Part shown: positions 47,106 through 57,757 of the stretch, piece after piece
Layout: every line of letters begins with the position of its first letter
Numbering within the stretch: the first letter of the stretch is position 1
Source: Ignavibacteriales bacterium
GTDB taxonomy: Bacteria; Bacteroidota; Ignavibacteria; UBA10030
DNA length: 64,000 nt
Assembly: GCA_016194505.1 (NCBI GenBank)
Contig: JACQBK010000044.1
Location: 197 to 64,196, forward strand
Direction of reading: 5' to 3'
Translations under genes and position numbers: made by a program
The notes under the pieces: generated by a model
Seen by the model: only the letters and a program-made list of their open reading frames with translations
The model's database searches: none
What the model was told of the DNA's origin: nothing

Positions 47106-49364
47106 CTATGCGCTTACCGCTACTTCTTCCTTCACAAATTCCTCTTTGCACTCAGGGCATTTGAGATATTCCCCCTTTGCTTGAGAGTATTTTAAAACTA
47201 CATACGACGAGCCGCAACTGGTGCAGGCTTGATCAACGGGTTTATCCCACGAGGCAAAATCGCAATCGGGGTAGCGCGTGCATCCGTAAAACGGACGCTT
47301 ACCTTTCTTAGTCTTTCGCTCAAGCATTTCCCCCTCCTTGCATTTCGGGCACTTGATGCCCATGGAAATGGGCTTCGTATTCTTGCATGTCGGATAATTT
47401 GAGCACCCGAGAAACGTCCCGAACCTGCCGGCTTTGACAAGCATATCACCGCCACAAAGATCGCATTTCATGCCGACAAGATGCTGATGTTTCTGCTGGT
47501 CTGCCGCAAGAGGTTTTGTGGTTTTGCATGCCGGATAACCGGAGCAAGCCATAAATCGTCCGTTGCGGCCCCATTTGATGATCATGGGCTTGCCGCACAC
47601 TTCGCACAACTCATCGGTTTTTTCCTGCAACGACTTCTTAATTTTCGGTGCGTTCTCTTCTACTTTTTGTAAATCGGTAATGAATGGCCCATAAAAATCC
47701 TTCATCACTTTCACGTAATCCTGCTTTCCCGATGCAATCGTGTCAAGTTCGGCTTCCATCAGCGCTGTAAACTTCACGTTGAAAATATCGGGAAAATACT
47801 GCACGAGTAATTTATTGACTTGCATGCCCAGTTCTGTAGCGTACAGTTTTCTATCTTTGTGCTCGACGTATTTACGGTCAATGACCGTGCTGACAATCAT
47901 AGCATACGTACTCGGTCGCCCGATGCCAAGCGATTCCAACTCTTTCACCAGACTGCTTTCAGTAAATCGCGGCGGCGGCTTGGTAAAGTGCTGTCGCGGA
48001 AAAATATTTGTCAGCTTTGCTTTTTGACCTGCCGCAAGATTTTCCGGCAAGCGAGAGACCGGGTCCTCGTCCTCTTTCTCACCGCCATTTTCTTCTACCA
48101 TATCATCGTACACTTGCAAAAAACCACGGAAGGTGGGTTTTTGGTCTGTTGCCCGGAAGAGATAGTCTCCGCCTTTTACATCAACAGAAATTTGTTCGAA
48201 CTGCGCCGGAGCCATCTGGCAGGCAACAAAGCGATTCCAAATCAGCTCATACAACAGATACAGGTCTTTATCGAGATATTGCTTTACTTCCTTGGGGGTG
48301 AATTTTAATGATGTGGGGCGAATAGCCTCGTGCGCATCTTGCGATGCCTTCCCTTTTTTGAACAAACGCGGCTCCTTCGGAACATATTCTTTTCCGTAGT
48401 TCTCCAAAATATATTCGCGAGCTTGCGTTACTGCTTCCGCACTTAAACGAGTGGAATCCGTACGCATATAGGTAATCAAACCCGTAGCGCCCTCATCACC
48501 GACTTCAACTCCCTCGTACAATTTCTGCGCCAGCATCATTGTCCGCTTTGCGGAGAAACGGAGTCGCCGCGCCGCCTCTTGTTGCAATGTGCTTGTGATA
48601 AACGGAGCAGGGGCGTTACGCTTTACAGGTTTCTTCTCAACATTACTAATTTCAAATTGCTGCTTTTCAATATCCTGAAGATACCCCTTCATCGTTGTTT
48701 CATCAGGAATGCGGGGGTCTCCACCGGCTACCTTCATCAGCTTTGCGAGGAACGGCTCGCTCTGCACGGTTTGGAACTCACCGGTAATTGACCAGTACTC
48801 TTCCGCAACAAACGCATTGATAGCCTCTTCCCGCTCGCAAATCAATCGTAGTGCAACCGATTGGACCCGTCCGGCGGAAAGGCCGTAGTACATCGTCTTC
48901 CAGACAAATGGGCTTACTTTGTATCCGACAATGCGATCCATTGCGCGGCGTGCCTGCTGGGAAAGAACAAGATGGGTATCAATTTTCTTAGGATGTTCCA
49001 TCCCCTCTTTCACACCCGCGGCGGTAATTTCATGGAAAAGAACGCGCTTAATGTTCTTGTTGACGTCTTTAATCTCATCGGCAAGATGAGCCGCTATCGC
49101 TTCTCCTTCACGGTCAGGGTCAGTTGCGATGAACACATTTTTCGCCTTCTTCGCTTTTTCCCGGAGCTTTTCGATAACGTCAATTTTTCCTTCGATATTT
49201 TCATAGACAACATCGAAACCATTGTCTACATCAACGCCTAATTTACTTTTGGGCAAATTTTTGATGTGACCCACCGAAGCCTCGACAATATAGTCTTTGC
49301 CGAGGTATTTATTGATGGTCTTGGCTTTAGAAGGTGATTCTACTATGATAAACGATTTTTCCAT
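47106..49364 (-). CDS. topA: DNA topoisomerase I with C-terminal zinc-ribbon repeats
   Basis: TOPRIM (..IATDPDREGE..), active-site Tyr region (..GLITYMRTDSTRLS), three C4 zinc ribbons. 752 aa. Confidence 0.97.
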   Translation of the reverse strand: MEKSFIIVESPSKAKTINKYLGKDYIVEASVGHIKNLPKSKLGVDVDNGFDVVYENIEGKIDVIEKLREKAKKAKNVFIATDPDREGEAIAAHLADEIKDVNKNIKRVLFHEITAAGVKEGMEHPKKIDTHLVLSQQARRAMDRIVGYKVSPFVWKTMYYGLSAGRVQSVALRLICEREEAINAFVAEEYWSITGEFQTVQSEPFLAKLMKVAGGDPRIPDETTMKGYLQDIEKQQFEISNVEKKPVKRNAPAPFITSTLQQEAARRLRFSAKRTMMLAQKLYEGVEVGDEGATGLITYMRTDSTRLSAEAVTQAREYILENYGKEYVPKEPRLFKKGKASQDAHEAIRPTSLKFTPKEVKQYLDKDLYLLYELIWNRFVACQMAPAQFEQISVDVKGGDYLFRATDQKPTFRGFLQVYDDMVEENGGEKEDEDPVSRLPENLAAGQKAKLTNIFPRQHFTKPPPRFTESSLVKELESLGIGRPSTYAMIVSTVIDRKYVEHKDRKLYATELGMQVNKLLVQYFPDIFNVKFTALMEAELDTIASGKQDYVKVMKDFYGPFITDLQKVEENAPKIKKSLQEKTDELCEVCGKPMIIKWGRNGRFMACSGYPACKTTKPLAADQQKHQHLVGMKCDLCGGDMLVKAGRFGTFLGCSNYPTCKNTKPISMGIKCPKCKEGEMLERKTKKGKRPFYGCTRYPDCDFASWDKPVDQACTSCGSSYVVLKYSQAKGEYLKCPECKEEFVKEEVAVSA

Positions 49365-49375
49365 GAACCCTGCTT

Positions 49376-49831
49376 TTAATGAATTGTATCGTCACTATTC
49401 AACGAAATGCGGCCGCTGAAGCCCGGCGGGTTATCCATATCGGACAACATGCCTGCTACAAATGCCTTCATTTCTGCAACACCAACGGAGGAAAAGCCCG
49501 CCGCCATAATTCTCTCGATAATCGTCTCAACATCTGCATTGGAAAGAAGTCCAAGCTGCTGGCATTGAAGCAAGTAGCCGAACCCCTCCGACGTAATGAC
49601 CATTTTTTCTGCATCATGTAAAACGCGATGCGAAAGGTGCGTATCTTGATTAGGCTTAACAAGCTGTTGTCCCACCGATAAGCGCTCAAAGAGCCAAGAA
49701 AACGCCGTTGAAATTTCACTTTGGGTGTAGCCGTTATCTGTCAGCATGGAAACATCAACATCGCTTAATTGCTTGTTGGATTTTAACTCATTCACTAAGA
49801 AAAGTATAATCTCCACAATGCGTTCATGCAT
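49376..49831 (-). CDS. smg: Smg protein (DUF494), conserved dprA-smg-topA neighbourhood
   Basis: MHERIVEIILFLVNELKSNKQLSDVD.. is typical of DUF494. Lies directly downstream of topA's partner position. Confidence 0.8.
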   Translation of the reverse strand: MHERIVEIILFLVNELKSNKQLSDVDVSMLTDNGYTQSEISTAFSWLFERLSVGQQLVKPNQDTHLSHRVLHDAEKMVITSEGFGYLLQCQQLGLLSNADVETIIERIMAAGFSSVGVAEMKAFVAGMLSDMDNPPGFSGRISLNSDDTIH

Positions 49832-49837
49832 ATTCAG

Positions 49838-50260
49838 TCACCTTTTCTTGTTAGACAATTTGTCTAAAATAGAATCTTCCTTTTTTTTCATACGGGTTTT
49901 CGTACGGACAGTTGCATCGGAATAGCCCAGCAGATGCAGTGTTCCGTGGATCAACAACCGCCTGACTTCCTCTAAAAACGCCACGCCGTATTCCCGGGCT
50001 TGCGCCTTTGCCCGATCTAAATTTACGTATAATTCACCGTCAATACCCAAACCATCGTTAAACGGAAATGCAATAACATCGGTGATGTAATCGTGGTTCA
50101 AAAACTGCCTGTTCATCTTTCGAATATAACGGCTGCCCACAAATACCACCGATATGACCAATGAGAGCGATGACTCTGTATGTAAAACGCTATGAATGGT
50201 ACGGAAAGTTTCCCGCCTTGAAATTCGAAGAAATGGGTGATTGTTTGAAATGAAAATCAT
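49838..50260 (-). CDS. ybeY: Endoribonuclease YbeY (rRNA maturation factor)
   Basis: HGTLHLLGYSD zinc-binding H3xH5xH motif. 140 aa. Confidence 0.85.
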   Translation of the reverse strand: MIFISNNHPFLRISRRETFRTIHSVLHTESSLSLVISVVFVGSRYIRKMNRQFLNHDYITDVIAFPFNDGLGIDGELYVNLDRAKAQAREYGVAFLEEVRRLLIHGTLHLLGYSDATVRTKTRMKKKEDSILDKLSNKKR

Positions 50261-50772
50261 CCAATCTTTGGCTTTAGTTTCCGTTTGCTTTTCCCCTGTT
50301 TGATTGGTTTGGAAATCTTACCATCGTTCTTAGCAACAGAGCGAGGGAGGATATTTTCTGTCAATGAGAGCGCTATGCCGGAAAGCATAACTTCCGGTCC
50401 CAATGTGGTAAAATCACCGGATAAAATTTCTCGATCAACATTGGCATATAGAGAACAACCGCCTTCGCGTTCCACCGTTAAGCCAGAGAGTTTGCCATTC
50501 GATTCTGCTACAAACGTAATTTCTCCTAGCAACTTACTAACAACATAGCCGGTACAAAAATGAAGCTGCAAATGTGCAGTCGACGTGTAAATCGAAATAA
50601 GGTTGCCCTTCCGTTTACCAATATGAATATTGGGATAAATCTCCAGCGCTAATTTTCGATTAAGGCTCTTTTGTTCGATCTCAAATCTGTAGTTGTTCCC
50701 CCTATGCTTTGGAGGAACTCCTAACACCTGCGACAGTTTTTGAATATCTGTTTCTTTGAACTCAAAAGACAT
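50257..50772 (-). CDS. Hypothetical protein, 171 aa, translationally coupled to ybeY
   Basis: ORF with ATGA overlap onto ybeY. Basic C-terminal tail. No motif recognised. Confidence 0.3.
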   Translation of the reverse strand: MSFEFKETDIQKLSQVLGVPPKHRGNNYRFEIEQKSLNRKLALEIYPNIHIGKRKGNLISIYTSTAHLQLHFCTGYVVSKLLGEITFVAESNGKLSGLTVEREGGCSLYANVDREILSGDFTTLGPEVMLSGIALSLTENILPRSVAKNDGKISKPIKQGKSKRKLKPKIG

Positions 50773-50804
50773 AGAATAGTCCTAACTCAATCTTCCGACT
50801 ATAG

Positions 50805-50860
50805 AATAAAAAACCCCGATTTGCTCATTTGAGTAGCAAGATATTCGATGCAATTCGGGG
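50805..50860 (-). terminator. Probable rho-independent terminator after the MBL-fold gene
   Basis: On the minus strand the stem ccccgaattgc..gcaaatcgggg (large internal loop) is followed by TTTTTTTATTC. Confidence 0.5.
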
Positions 50861-51083
50861 CTGCTTAGTATCTTTCTCTCGGTGGTATTTCTCAACATTC
50901 TACCTTTTGCTATTTCTCGATACCTTCGACAATCTCTCTTCATTTTTTGAGTAATGGGGCTTATAATAAATACTTGAACATACGCCGCATAACTCATAAA
51001 TAACGTTAGATAACATCGGTAAATCACAATTTCTCAAGCGTATTCTAACATAAATATAACCACGTCCAGACTGATTGTCAAGA

Positions 51084-51983
51084 CTATATTGAAATTACCA
51101 TATTTTCCGCCGCTGCCTCGCACTCGAATTTGTATCCGCGCGTTTTTACCTCTTTCTTGCATTTTTTAAGGATATCGTCCACTTTCTCGTCGCTATGGTT
51201 CTGGTCGTGATGGAACAGATAGAGGCGTTTTACATCCGCTTCGGCGGCAACACGTAATGTGAAGAGGTAATGCGAGTGCCCCCAACCTACCCGATCAATG
51301 TATTCTTCAGGAGTGTAGGTCGCATCGTGAATCAGCACATCCGCCCCGTTGCAGAAATCGAACACGCGTTGGTTTGGGTCGCCGGTGTGTGAGTTATATT
51401 TTTCTTTCACAAATTGTTCAAAGTTTGAAAGCGAAGCCGCTGCCGCTCGGTCGTACGGCTCATTATCGCTTACATAGATTAAAACTTTTCCATTATACTC
51501 GAGGCGATACGCGACAGTGAATCCCGGATGATTGACATACAACGTTGTAACTTTTGCTTCGAAAATATTCATTTTCCCTTCTTCACGAATCGGGATAAAA
51601 TTGATTTTCGCTTTTAGTTCACGTAATTGAACGGGAAAATAAATTCGATTCATTTGCTCGGAGATAATCTCACTCAAAGATTTTTCCGCGCGTTCTGTTC
51701 CGATAATCGTTAGCTCATTGCCGGAAATAAATGCAGGCTTGAAAAACGGGAAGCCTTGAATATGATCCCAATGCGGATGCGTGATAAGAAGATACGCTTT
51801 GACCGATTCCCCGCTATTGATGAGGTCATCGCCAAGATTGCGGATACCGGTGCCTGCATCAAAAATAATAAGCTTGTCGTCATCCAGACGCAGCTCAAGG
51901 CAGGGAGTATTACCGCCATAGCGGACGGTATGCTTTCCCGGAGTCGGGATAGAGCCGCGCACTCCCCAAAATTTCAGTTTCAT
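51084..51983 (-). CDS. MBL-fold metallo-hydrolase, RNase Z-like
   Basis: HPHWDH (HxHxDH) motif. N-terminal MKLKFWGVRGSIPTPG resembles RNase Z short forms. 299 aa. Confidence 0.7.
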   Translation of the reverse strand: MKLKFWGVRGSIPTPGKHTVRYGGNTPCLELRLDDDKLIIFDAGTGIRNLGDDLINSGESVKAYLLITHPHWDHIQGFPFFKPAFISGNELTIIGTERAEKSLSEIISEQMNRIYFPVQLRELKAKINFIPIREEGKMNIFEAKVTTLYVNHPGFTVAYRLEYNGKVLIYVSDNEPYDRAAAASLSNFEQFVKEKYNSHTGDPNQRVFDFCNGADVLIHDATYTPEEYIDRVGWGHSHYLFTLRVAAEADVKRLYLFHHDQNHSDEKVDDILKKCKKEVKTRGYKFECEAAAENMVISI

Positions 51984-52002
51984 AAGTTCCCCCTTATGCT
52001 CT

Positions 52003-52557
52003 TCATTCTCTATAGGTCTTCACATAGTCAATATAATTCTGCGCAGATTGGGCGAGACCTTCCTTTTCTTCTTCGGTCAGCATTCGTTTGATTGTAGCCG
52101 GAACCCCGGCGACAAGCGCACCTTCCGGCACGACAAAATCTTCAAGCACTAACGCCCCAGCGGCAACGAACGCGTACGGCCCAACGATTGCATTATCTAA
52201 CACCTTCGCACCCATACCGATTAAGCAATAATCCTTCACCGTCGCGGCATGAACAATCGCACCGTGCCCGATAGTTACGTTGGAGCCGATATGGAGCGGA
52301 TATTTTTCGTGTGTGACATGCAAGACGCTGTTATCTTGGATATTCGTCCGCTCGCCGATTCTAATATAATGCACATCCCCTCGAATAACTGTGTTGAACC
52401 ACACACTGCTATCCCGACCTATTTCGACATCGCCGATAATGCGCGCCCCATCCGCAATAAAAACCGACTCGTGAATTTTCGGGGTGATACCCCGATACGT
52501 AATAATCAATTGCCGCCCTCGACATATTTTGGCGGCTGCCATCCGGGACGATTCCAC
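52003..52557 (-). CDS. Gamma-class carbonic anhydrase / hexapeptide-repeat (YrdA/PaaY/CaiE) family protein
   Basis: Left-handed beta-helix hexapeptide repeats with His ligands (..GHGAIVHAATV..). The start is probably internal, given the overlap with the upstream gene. Confidence 0.75.
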   Translation of the reverse strand: MESSRMAAAKICRGRQLIITYRGITPKIHESVFIADGARIIGDVEIGRDSSVWFNTVIRGDVHYIRIGERTNIQDNSVLHVTHEKYPLHIGSNVTIGHGAIVHAATVKDYCLIGMGAKVLDNAIVGPYAFVAAGALVLEDFVVPEGALVAGVPATIKRMLTEEEKEGLAQSAQNYIDYVKTYRE

Positions 52558-53393
52558 TTCATAAGCTGGATTTTGATACTACCGAGAATGACGTTCATTC
52601 TCGCAACAATGGGAACTCTTGCATCATCATTGCTGAACCAACCGCGAAATCCGCCTGTCATTCCAAAGACTCCCACATAATCCGCTTTGCCATCAAATGC
52701 AATCACATCAACAGGATAGTCAACGGCATCAATATCCATATCCGTTCGCTTGTTCATAAAATTGATGAGCGTTGAGACTTGCTTATTTTCGATGAACGTG
52801 GGCACGCTCATTTGCGTTTTCTCCAGCACATGTTCGCGGGCATAGAAAAATAATGAAAATCCATCTTGGCACTTTTCCGTTACCTTCACAGTGTCAATGG
52901 ATTCTACTTTTCTTTCACCCGTAGGGAGTTTTTTGCCCTTCTCGTAGAGCAACCGATTTTGGTCATAATCAAAATTGAACCTGCGGAAATTGATTTCCTT
53001 CTTGGAGCTATCGTCGCCTACCCAGCCATACGAAAACACGTCCTCATCCATTTCAGTAGCAAAACGAATATGAAGCTCTACGAGCCAATCCAAGCTTGGA
53101 TTGGAATCAATAATCGCATTGGCTTTGTACACCGTGCGACCGTTGCGCTGCTCTTTATCATGAACCTGTATTCTGATGCTGCCTATGGTAAAGAACGAAT
53201 AGCTGACTTTATATTCCAACTCTTCACCAACCTGGAGCATTGCGCTCCGAAATCGAGGCACAGTTGGGCTGATAGGCGCTTCGGTAGCAGAAGTATCGGA
53301 AAGAAACCCGATAATCAAAATAACAGCAACGAATGAAAATAGAATAGACTTAGTAGTCACCGATGAGCGGATAAACTTCCCCCAATAACTCAT
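52506..53393 (-). CDS. Hypothetical secreted beta-rich protein (DUF3108-like?), 295 aa
   Basis: Signal/TM N-terminus. No catalytic motif; the family assignment is tentative. Confidence 0.4.
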   Translation of the reverse strand: MSYWGKFIRSSVTTKSILFSFVAVILIIGFLSDTSATEAPISPTVPRFRSAMLQVGEELEYKVSYSFFTIGSIRIQVHDKEQRNGRTVYKANAIIDSNPSLDWLVELHIRFATEMDEDVFSYGWVGDDSSKKEINFRRFNFDYDQNRLLYEKGKKLPTGERKVESIDTVKVTEKCQDGFSLFFYAREHVLEKTQMSVPTFIENKQVSTLINFMNKRTDMDIDAVDYPVDVIAFDGKADYVGVFGMTGGFRGWFSNDDARVPIVARMNVILGSIKIQLMKWNRPGWQPPKYVEGGN

Positions 53394-53397
53394 GCGC

Positions 53398-55041
53398 TTA
53401 GTTTAACCTCGCGATCTTTGCCGCTTCAGGAAACAACTCTATGGCTTTCTTGAACTGATTGTCAACGGTAAGCATCAAAGGATACCAGCCTTCATTGCCC
53501 CAGAAACTGCGAGAGATTGTCGCCTTGAGCCGTATCTTCAGATACGGAAGGCTTTCCTGGTATTCCTTTTCATCAATCTTCACTTCTTTTTTCTCGACGA
53601 ACGAGCGGAAGCGCTTCATCATATCATCATCAATCGAGAATGATTTATTGAAGAGCTTAAAATCCTTGCCGTACTCCGACCGTAATTTTTGCCCTGCCCC
53701 ATCAAGGTACGCGATGACAAATTGATTAAGCAAATCACGACGTAAGATAGCGAGCGCGGTCGGCGTTAAATTGTGATTCTTCACGACATAGTCCGGAGTA
53801 ATGCCGCCCCCACCATAGACCACTCTGCCTGACTGCGTATGGAATACCGGACGGCTTGAATCACCCTCGGCTTTATGATCTATGTTTTCACCTTCGGATT
53901 CTTTCCGCTCGAATGCTTCGCGATTGTACGCGCCCTTTTCTTTACCTTCGTATGATCGTTGTATCAAACGACCGCTTGGCGTATAATACCGCGCGATAGT
54001 TAATCTCAAAGCGGAGCCATCGGATAATTTCCACTGACGCTGTACGAGTCCTTTGCCGAATGTCGTCTCGCCAACGATCAATCCCCTATCCCAATCTTGC
54101 ATTGCGCCGGCAACGATCTCGCTTGCACTTGCTGAGGCATTGCTTGTCAAAATAATCAGAGGGAGATTCTCGTACGGTTCACCCGACTTTGCAAAGTACG
54201 ATTCATCAAATTCCGGTTTCCGACCTTTCTGGTAGACAATTTTATGAGGAGCCTCTTTCGTCCCTCCATCCAAAAATAAATCTGCCATCTGGACGGCTTC
54301 TTCCAAATAGCCACCTGGATTGAAGCGTAAATCCAGCACTAATTTTTTCATTCCCTGCGATTTCAATTTGGTTAGAGCCGCTCCCATTTCCCGATGTGTG
54401 GGTTCGGCAAACTTATTGACGCTGATATAGCCGACATCTTCGCCTACCATCACAGCTATATCTACGCTGTTGATAGAGATTTCATCCCGAATAATTTCAA
54501 AATCGAGAGGTTCTTTTACTTCCGGACGGGCGATGGTAACTCTGACTTTCGATCCCTTCGGTCCCCGCAGGCTTTGCAATACTTTATTATTCGTGTAGCC
54601 AATAGCAGATGTGTCGTTGATCTTTACAATTCTATCATTTGAAAGAATCCCAAGACGTGCCGAAGGTCCGCCACCGAAAGTTTCCATAACAATAATAGTA
54701 TCATTAAAAATGCGGAAGGCAACGCCAATGCCCTCAAATTTTCCCTTAAATTCCTCCGATGCTTGCTGAAATGCGACCGGGGGAAAATAGGCAGAATGCG
54801 GATCGAGCTTATCCAGAAGACCGTTCACCGCCGCCTCAGTAAGCTTGGGGGTATCAACCTGCTCGATATAGTATTTCTCTGTCAGGCTCAGTACTTCTTT
54901 AAATTTATTGATTTGGTCATACATCGTATCGCCGGAAACGAGTTGGTTAATACCCATTCCAGCAAAAATACTAACAACCATTAATCCAATGACCGTCCAG
55001 AGTGAAAATTGTATCTTCTTCATCTTATTAGTCTCTCTCAC
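53398..55041 (-). CDS. ctpA: S41 family C-terminal processing (tail-specific) peptidase
   Basis: PDZ domain, then the catalytic Ser/Lys region (..GGYLEEAVQMADLF.., ..ILTSNASASASEIVAGAMQD). 547 aa. Confidence 0.9.
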   Translation of the reverse strand: MRETNKMKKIQFSLWTVIGLMVVSIFAGMGINQLVSGDTMYDQINKFKEVLSLTEKYYIEQVDTPKLTEAAVNGLLDKLDPHSAYFPPVAFQQASEEFKGKFEGIGVAFRIFNDTIIVMETFGGGPSARLGILSNDRIVKINDTSAIGYTNNKVLQSLRGPKGSKVRVTIARPEVKEPLDFEIIRDEISINSVDIAVMVGEDVGYISVNKFAEPTHREMGAALTKLKSQGMKKLVLDLRFNPGGYLEEAVQMADLFLDGGTKEAPHKIVYQKGRKPEFDESYFAKSGEPYENLPLIILTSNASASASEIVAGAMQDWDRGLIVGETTFGKGLVQRQWKLSDGSALRLTIARYYTPSGRLIQRSYEGKEKGAYNREAFERKESEGENIDHKAEGDSSRPVFHTQSGRVVYGGGGITPDYVVKNHNLTPTALAILRRDLLNQFVIAYLDGAGQKLRSEYGKDFKLFNKSFSIDDDMMKRFRSFVEKKEVKIDEKEYQESLPYLKIRLKATISRSFWGNEGWYPLMLTVDNQFKKAIELFPEAAKIARLN

Positions 55042-55158
55042 TAAAAGTTACAGGTTTTACCCCTTTAAATTCTATATTTATTGCATAAAATAACGAAAAT
55101 TGGCATAAAATCAAAGAGAAAGCTATAAACATTTGATTTCGATTTAGAAACGGCACTT

Positions 55159-57699
55159 TTAAAATTCCAGACGTAATCCAATGCGTGTGCGGCGCGGGTC
55201 GTAATATGCGCTCGGATCGGAAAGCTCGCCGCCCACTCTCCCGCTTGAATCAATCCAGCGAATATTTTTAGTATTCAGAAGATTCCTAATATCGGCATAG
55301 ACCGTAAAAACATACCGTCCAGCTTCATCCAAAACCATTTGTTTGGATACTTTTAAATTCACAAATGTGACATTTTCCATGCGCGCATTGTTGGGCAAGA
55401 ACGCTTTCCCAGGATCAATTGGCGTAAAACCATCTCGTGTCGGATAAAGAGTATATGGACGCGGTGAATTATACAAAACGATAAGATTCGATTGAATATC
55501 GTAAGGCAATTTAAAATCAAGGTCAAGCTTGATGGTATGGCGTTGATCCCAGCTTAAGGGGTAGGGCTTTGCCGCAAGCGGGAATCCCCACTGAGCATAG
55601 TTTATCGTCTGATCAACATATTCACTGACGCCTTCCGTTATCATATACGAGTATGAAATACTGCCGGATAGCCGCTCGTCCCGCTCTCTGCTCAAAACAA
55701 ACTCCAATCCTGAAGCCTCTGCCTCCGCGTTATTGACATACGACGCAAACCCATAATCCCCCGCGGATTTGCTATCGAAGGGAATAAGTGTTTTTGAATC
55801 AATCTGGTTCTTGAACGATTTGCTAAAATATGTCAACGAAGCAACCATGTTTTCATTGATACCATGCTTGAAACCCAATTCCCAAGCAACCGTCCGCTCA
55901 GGATCCAAATCGGGATTTCCCGTCAAGACATTGCGCGCACCTTGTCGCAATTGAGCAGGATTGATGCCGGAGTATAAATAATCAAACAAAGGGAATTGAA
56001 AATAATGTCCGAAATTAGCAAAGAAAAAACTCGATGGACCAACCGGAGCCGCAATACTTATACGGGGACTGAGTTGTTGCTTAAATCTTGCTTTCACCCT
56101 TCCGGTAACCTGTTGCTTGAATTCAGTTTGGCTTACCGGTACATATTCGACAATGGGGCGCTCGGCTGTAGGATCAAGGAAATCCCAACGCAGACCGACA
56201 CTAAAATTGGAGCCGTCGCGTACCAATTCCACTTTATCTTGAATATAGATACTCCCCGACCGTGGAAAATATTTATAGGTATTGCTAAAATTCAGTAACG
56301 GAGCCTCGGTGATGGGTTTGCCGAAATACGTCGTTTGCGGCTCATATTTTACCAGATCAGAATAGATACTGTATTGGTTCACCTCTACGCCAACCCGGAG
56401 AAGGTGAATCTTCTCGTATTGCGTTGTGTAATCTCCCTTCAATGCATAAATGGTTTGCTTCGTTTCCGCCCACCAATTTCGCTGACCGTTGACAATATAG
56501 CGCAGGTAAAAATCATATTCGAACGGATACAACGATAAATCCTCTTTTGCTCCATCACCAATTCTCGAATGCTGATAAAATGCGCTGAGACTTAATGAGT
56601 AGAACGAGCTTTGTGAAAGCGTTTGCGAGAGAATGACGGCACCTCGCACCGCATCCCGCGAGCGAAGAGGTAGACCATTCAAATTGAACCGCCAGCTGAA
56701 TTCATAATCGTGCCATTTTCTCAACGAATAAATGCCTTGGGCACTTATTTTGAACGTCGGTGAATACAGATAATCTAATTTCGCAAAGCCCGTCAACTCT
56801 TGACTTACGGGTGATGAGAAGAAATTTTGAAAATCCTGCCACCAGCGCGTATCGCTCATGATATACGTATTTGCTGTAAAATAATAAAGCTCGCCGGGTA
56901 CAATAGGTCCGCTGGCAGAAGCTTCTATTTCCGTTGACCGATCCTGCTGTTTATTGGTACTGCTGGGCAACCAGCTATCTCTATCCACTCGCACCGCAAA
57001 CAGGTGCTTGTTGCCTCCGCTTTTGGTAATGACATTGACGACACCGGACATTGCGTTGCCGTATTCAGCATCGAACCCACCCGTCTGGATGGTCATGCCG
57101 GTAATGGAGCTTTTCGGAAGATTCGTTCCAACCCCGCCTCCGATGACATCTTGCACCGGAAGTCCATCCACTAGAAAGACAACTTCGTTCGTTTTTCCGC
57201 CGCGCACGTTTCCTTCGATCGTCGTTCCCGGCAGTAATCCGAGAACTTCTTTGAATGAGGAAACCGGCAGTTTTTCGAGCTTGATTTCACCGATAGAATA
57301 AGCCGTTGCGGCGAGATCTTTTTGTATCAGGGGGCGCTCGGCACGGACTTCGACCGCCTCCAACTCTACCGAGGATTGCTCCAAATCAAGGTCAATGCGG
57401 GTACGGAGATCCGGCAGAATGGTAACCTTCTTCATTATAACAGTTTTATAGCCTACCATGCTGAAACGAACATCATAGACACCTGCCCGTAAATTGCTTA
57501 CGCGATACACACCATCGGCATCAGTTATTGATCCGTATTGTGTGCCAACAATTGCGATATTGACTCCGATGAGATTTTCTTTGGTCTGCTTATCCCGTAT
57601 CCTTCCTTCAAGGATACCGGTGGTTCCCCGCCATGGGGTGGCGGAAGCTTCTCCACACAACAAAACTACGATTGCTAGGAGGGTGGCAATGTGTTTCAT
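55159..57699 (-). CDS. TonB-dependent outer-membrane receptor with CarboxypepD_reg-like N-domain, 846 aa
   Basis: Signal peptide, CarboxypepD_reg (GRIRDKQTKENLIGVNIAIVG), plug, and a barrel ending ..IGLRLEF. Confidence 0.9.
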   Translation of the reverse strand: MKHIATLLAIVVLLCGEASATPWRGTTGILEGRIRDKQTKENLIGVNIAIVGTQYGSITDADGVYRVSNLRAGVYDVRFSMVGYKTVIMKKVTILPDLRTRIDLDLEQSSVELEAVEVRAERPLIQKDLAATAYSIGEIKLEKLPVSSFKEVLGLLPGTTIEGNVRGGKTNEVVFLVDGLPVQDVIGGGVGTNLPKSSITGMTIQTGGFDAEYGNAMSGVVNVITKSGGNKHLFAVRVDRDSWLPSSTNKQQDRSTEIEASASGPIVPGELYYFTANTYIMSDTRWWQDFQNFFSSPVSQELTGFAKLDYLYSPTFKISAQGIYSLRKWHDYEFSWRFNLNGLPLRSRDAVRGAVILSQTLSQSSFYSLSLSAFYQHSRIGDGAKEDLSLYPFEYDFYLRYIVNGQRNWWAETKQTIYALKGDYTTQYEKIHLLRVGVEVNQYSIYSDLVKYEPQTTYFGKPITEAPLLNFSNTYKYFPRSGSIYIQDKVELVRDGSNFSVGLRWDFLDPTAERPIVEYVPVSQTEFKQQVTGRVKARFKQQLSPRISIAAPVGPSSFFFANFGHYFQFPLFDYLYSGINPAQLRQGARNVLTGNPDLDPERTVAWELGFKHGINENMVASLTYFSKSFKNQIDSKTLIPFDSKSAGDYGFASYVNNAEAEASGLEFVLSRERDERLSGSISYSYMITEGVSEYVDQTINYAQWGFPLAAKPYPLSWDQRHTIKLDLDFKLPYDIQSNLIVLYNSPRPYTLYPTRDGFTPIDPGKAFLPNNARMENVTFVNLKVSKQMVLDEAGRYVFTVYADIRNLLNTKNIRWIDSSGRVGGELSDPSAYYDPRRTRIGLRLEF

Positions 57700-57757
57700 G
57701 TGAGTTCTTCCTTTCTATTTTCCTTAGGAGGTACCTAAAATAATAAAAGTATTTGAC

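Noticed and set aside
50782-51027. 81-aa minus-strand ORF upstream of the 171-aa hypothetical gene
   Set aside because: It lies in an AT-rich promoter/terminator region and overlaps the terminator hairpin at 50805-50860. No coding features.
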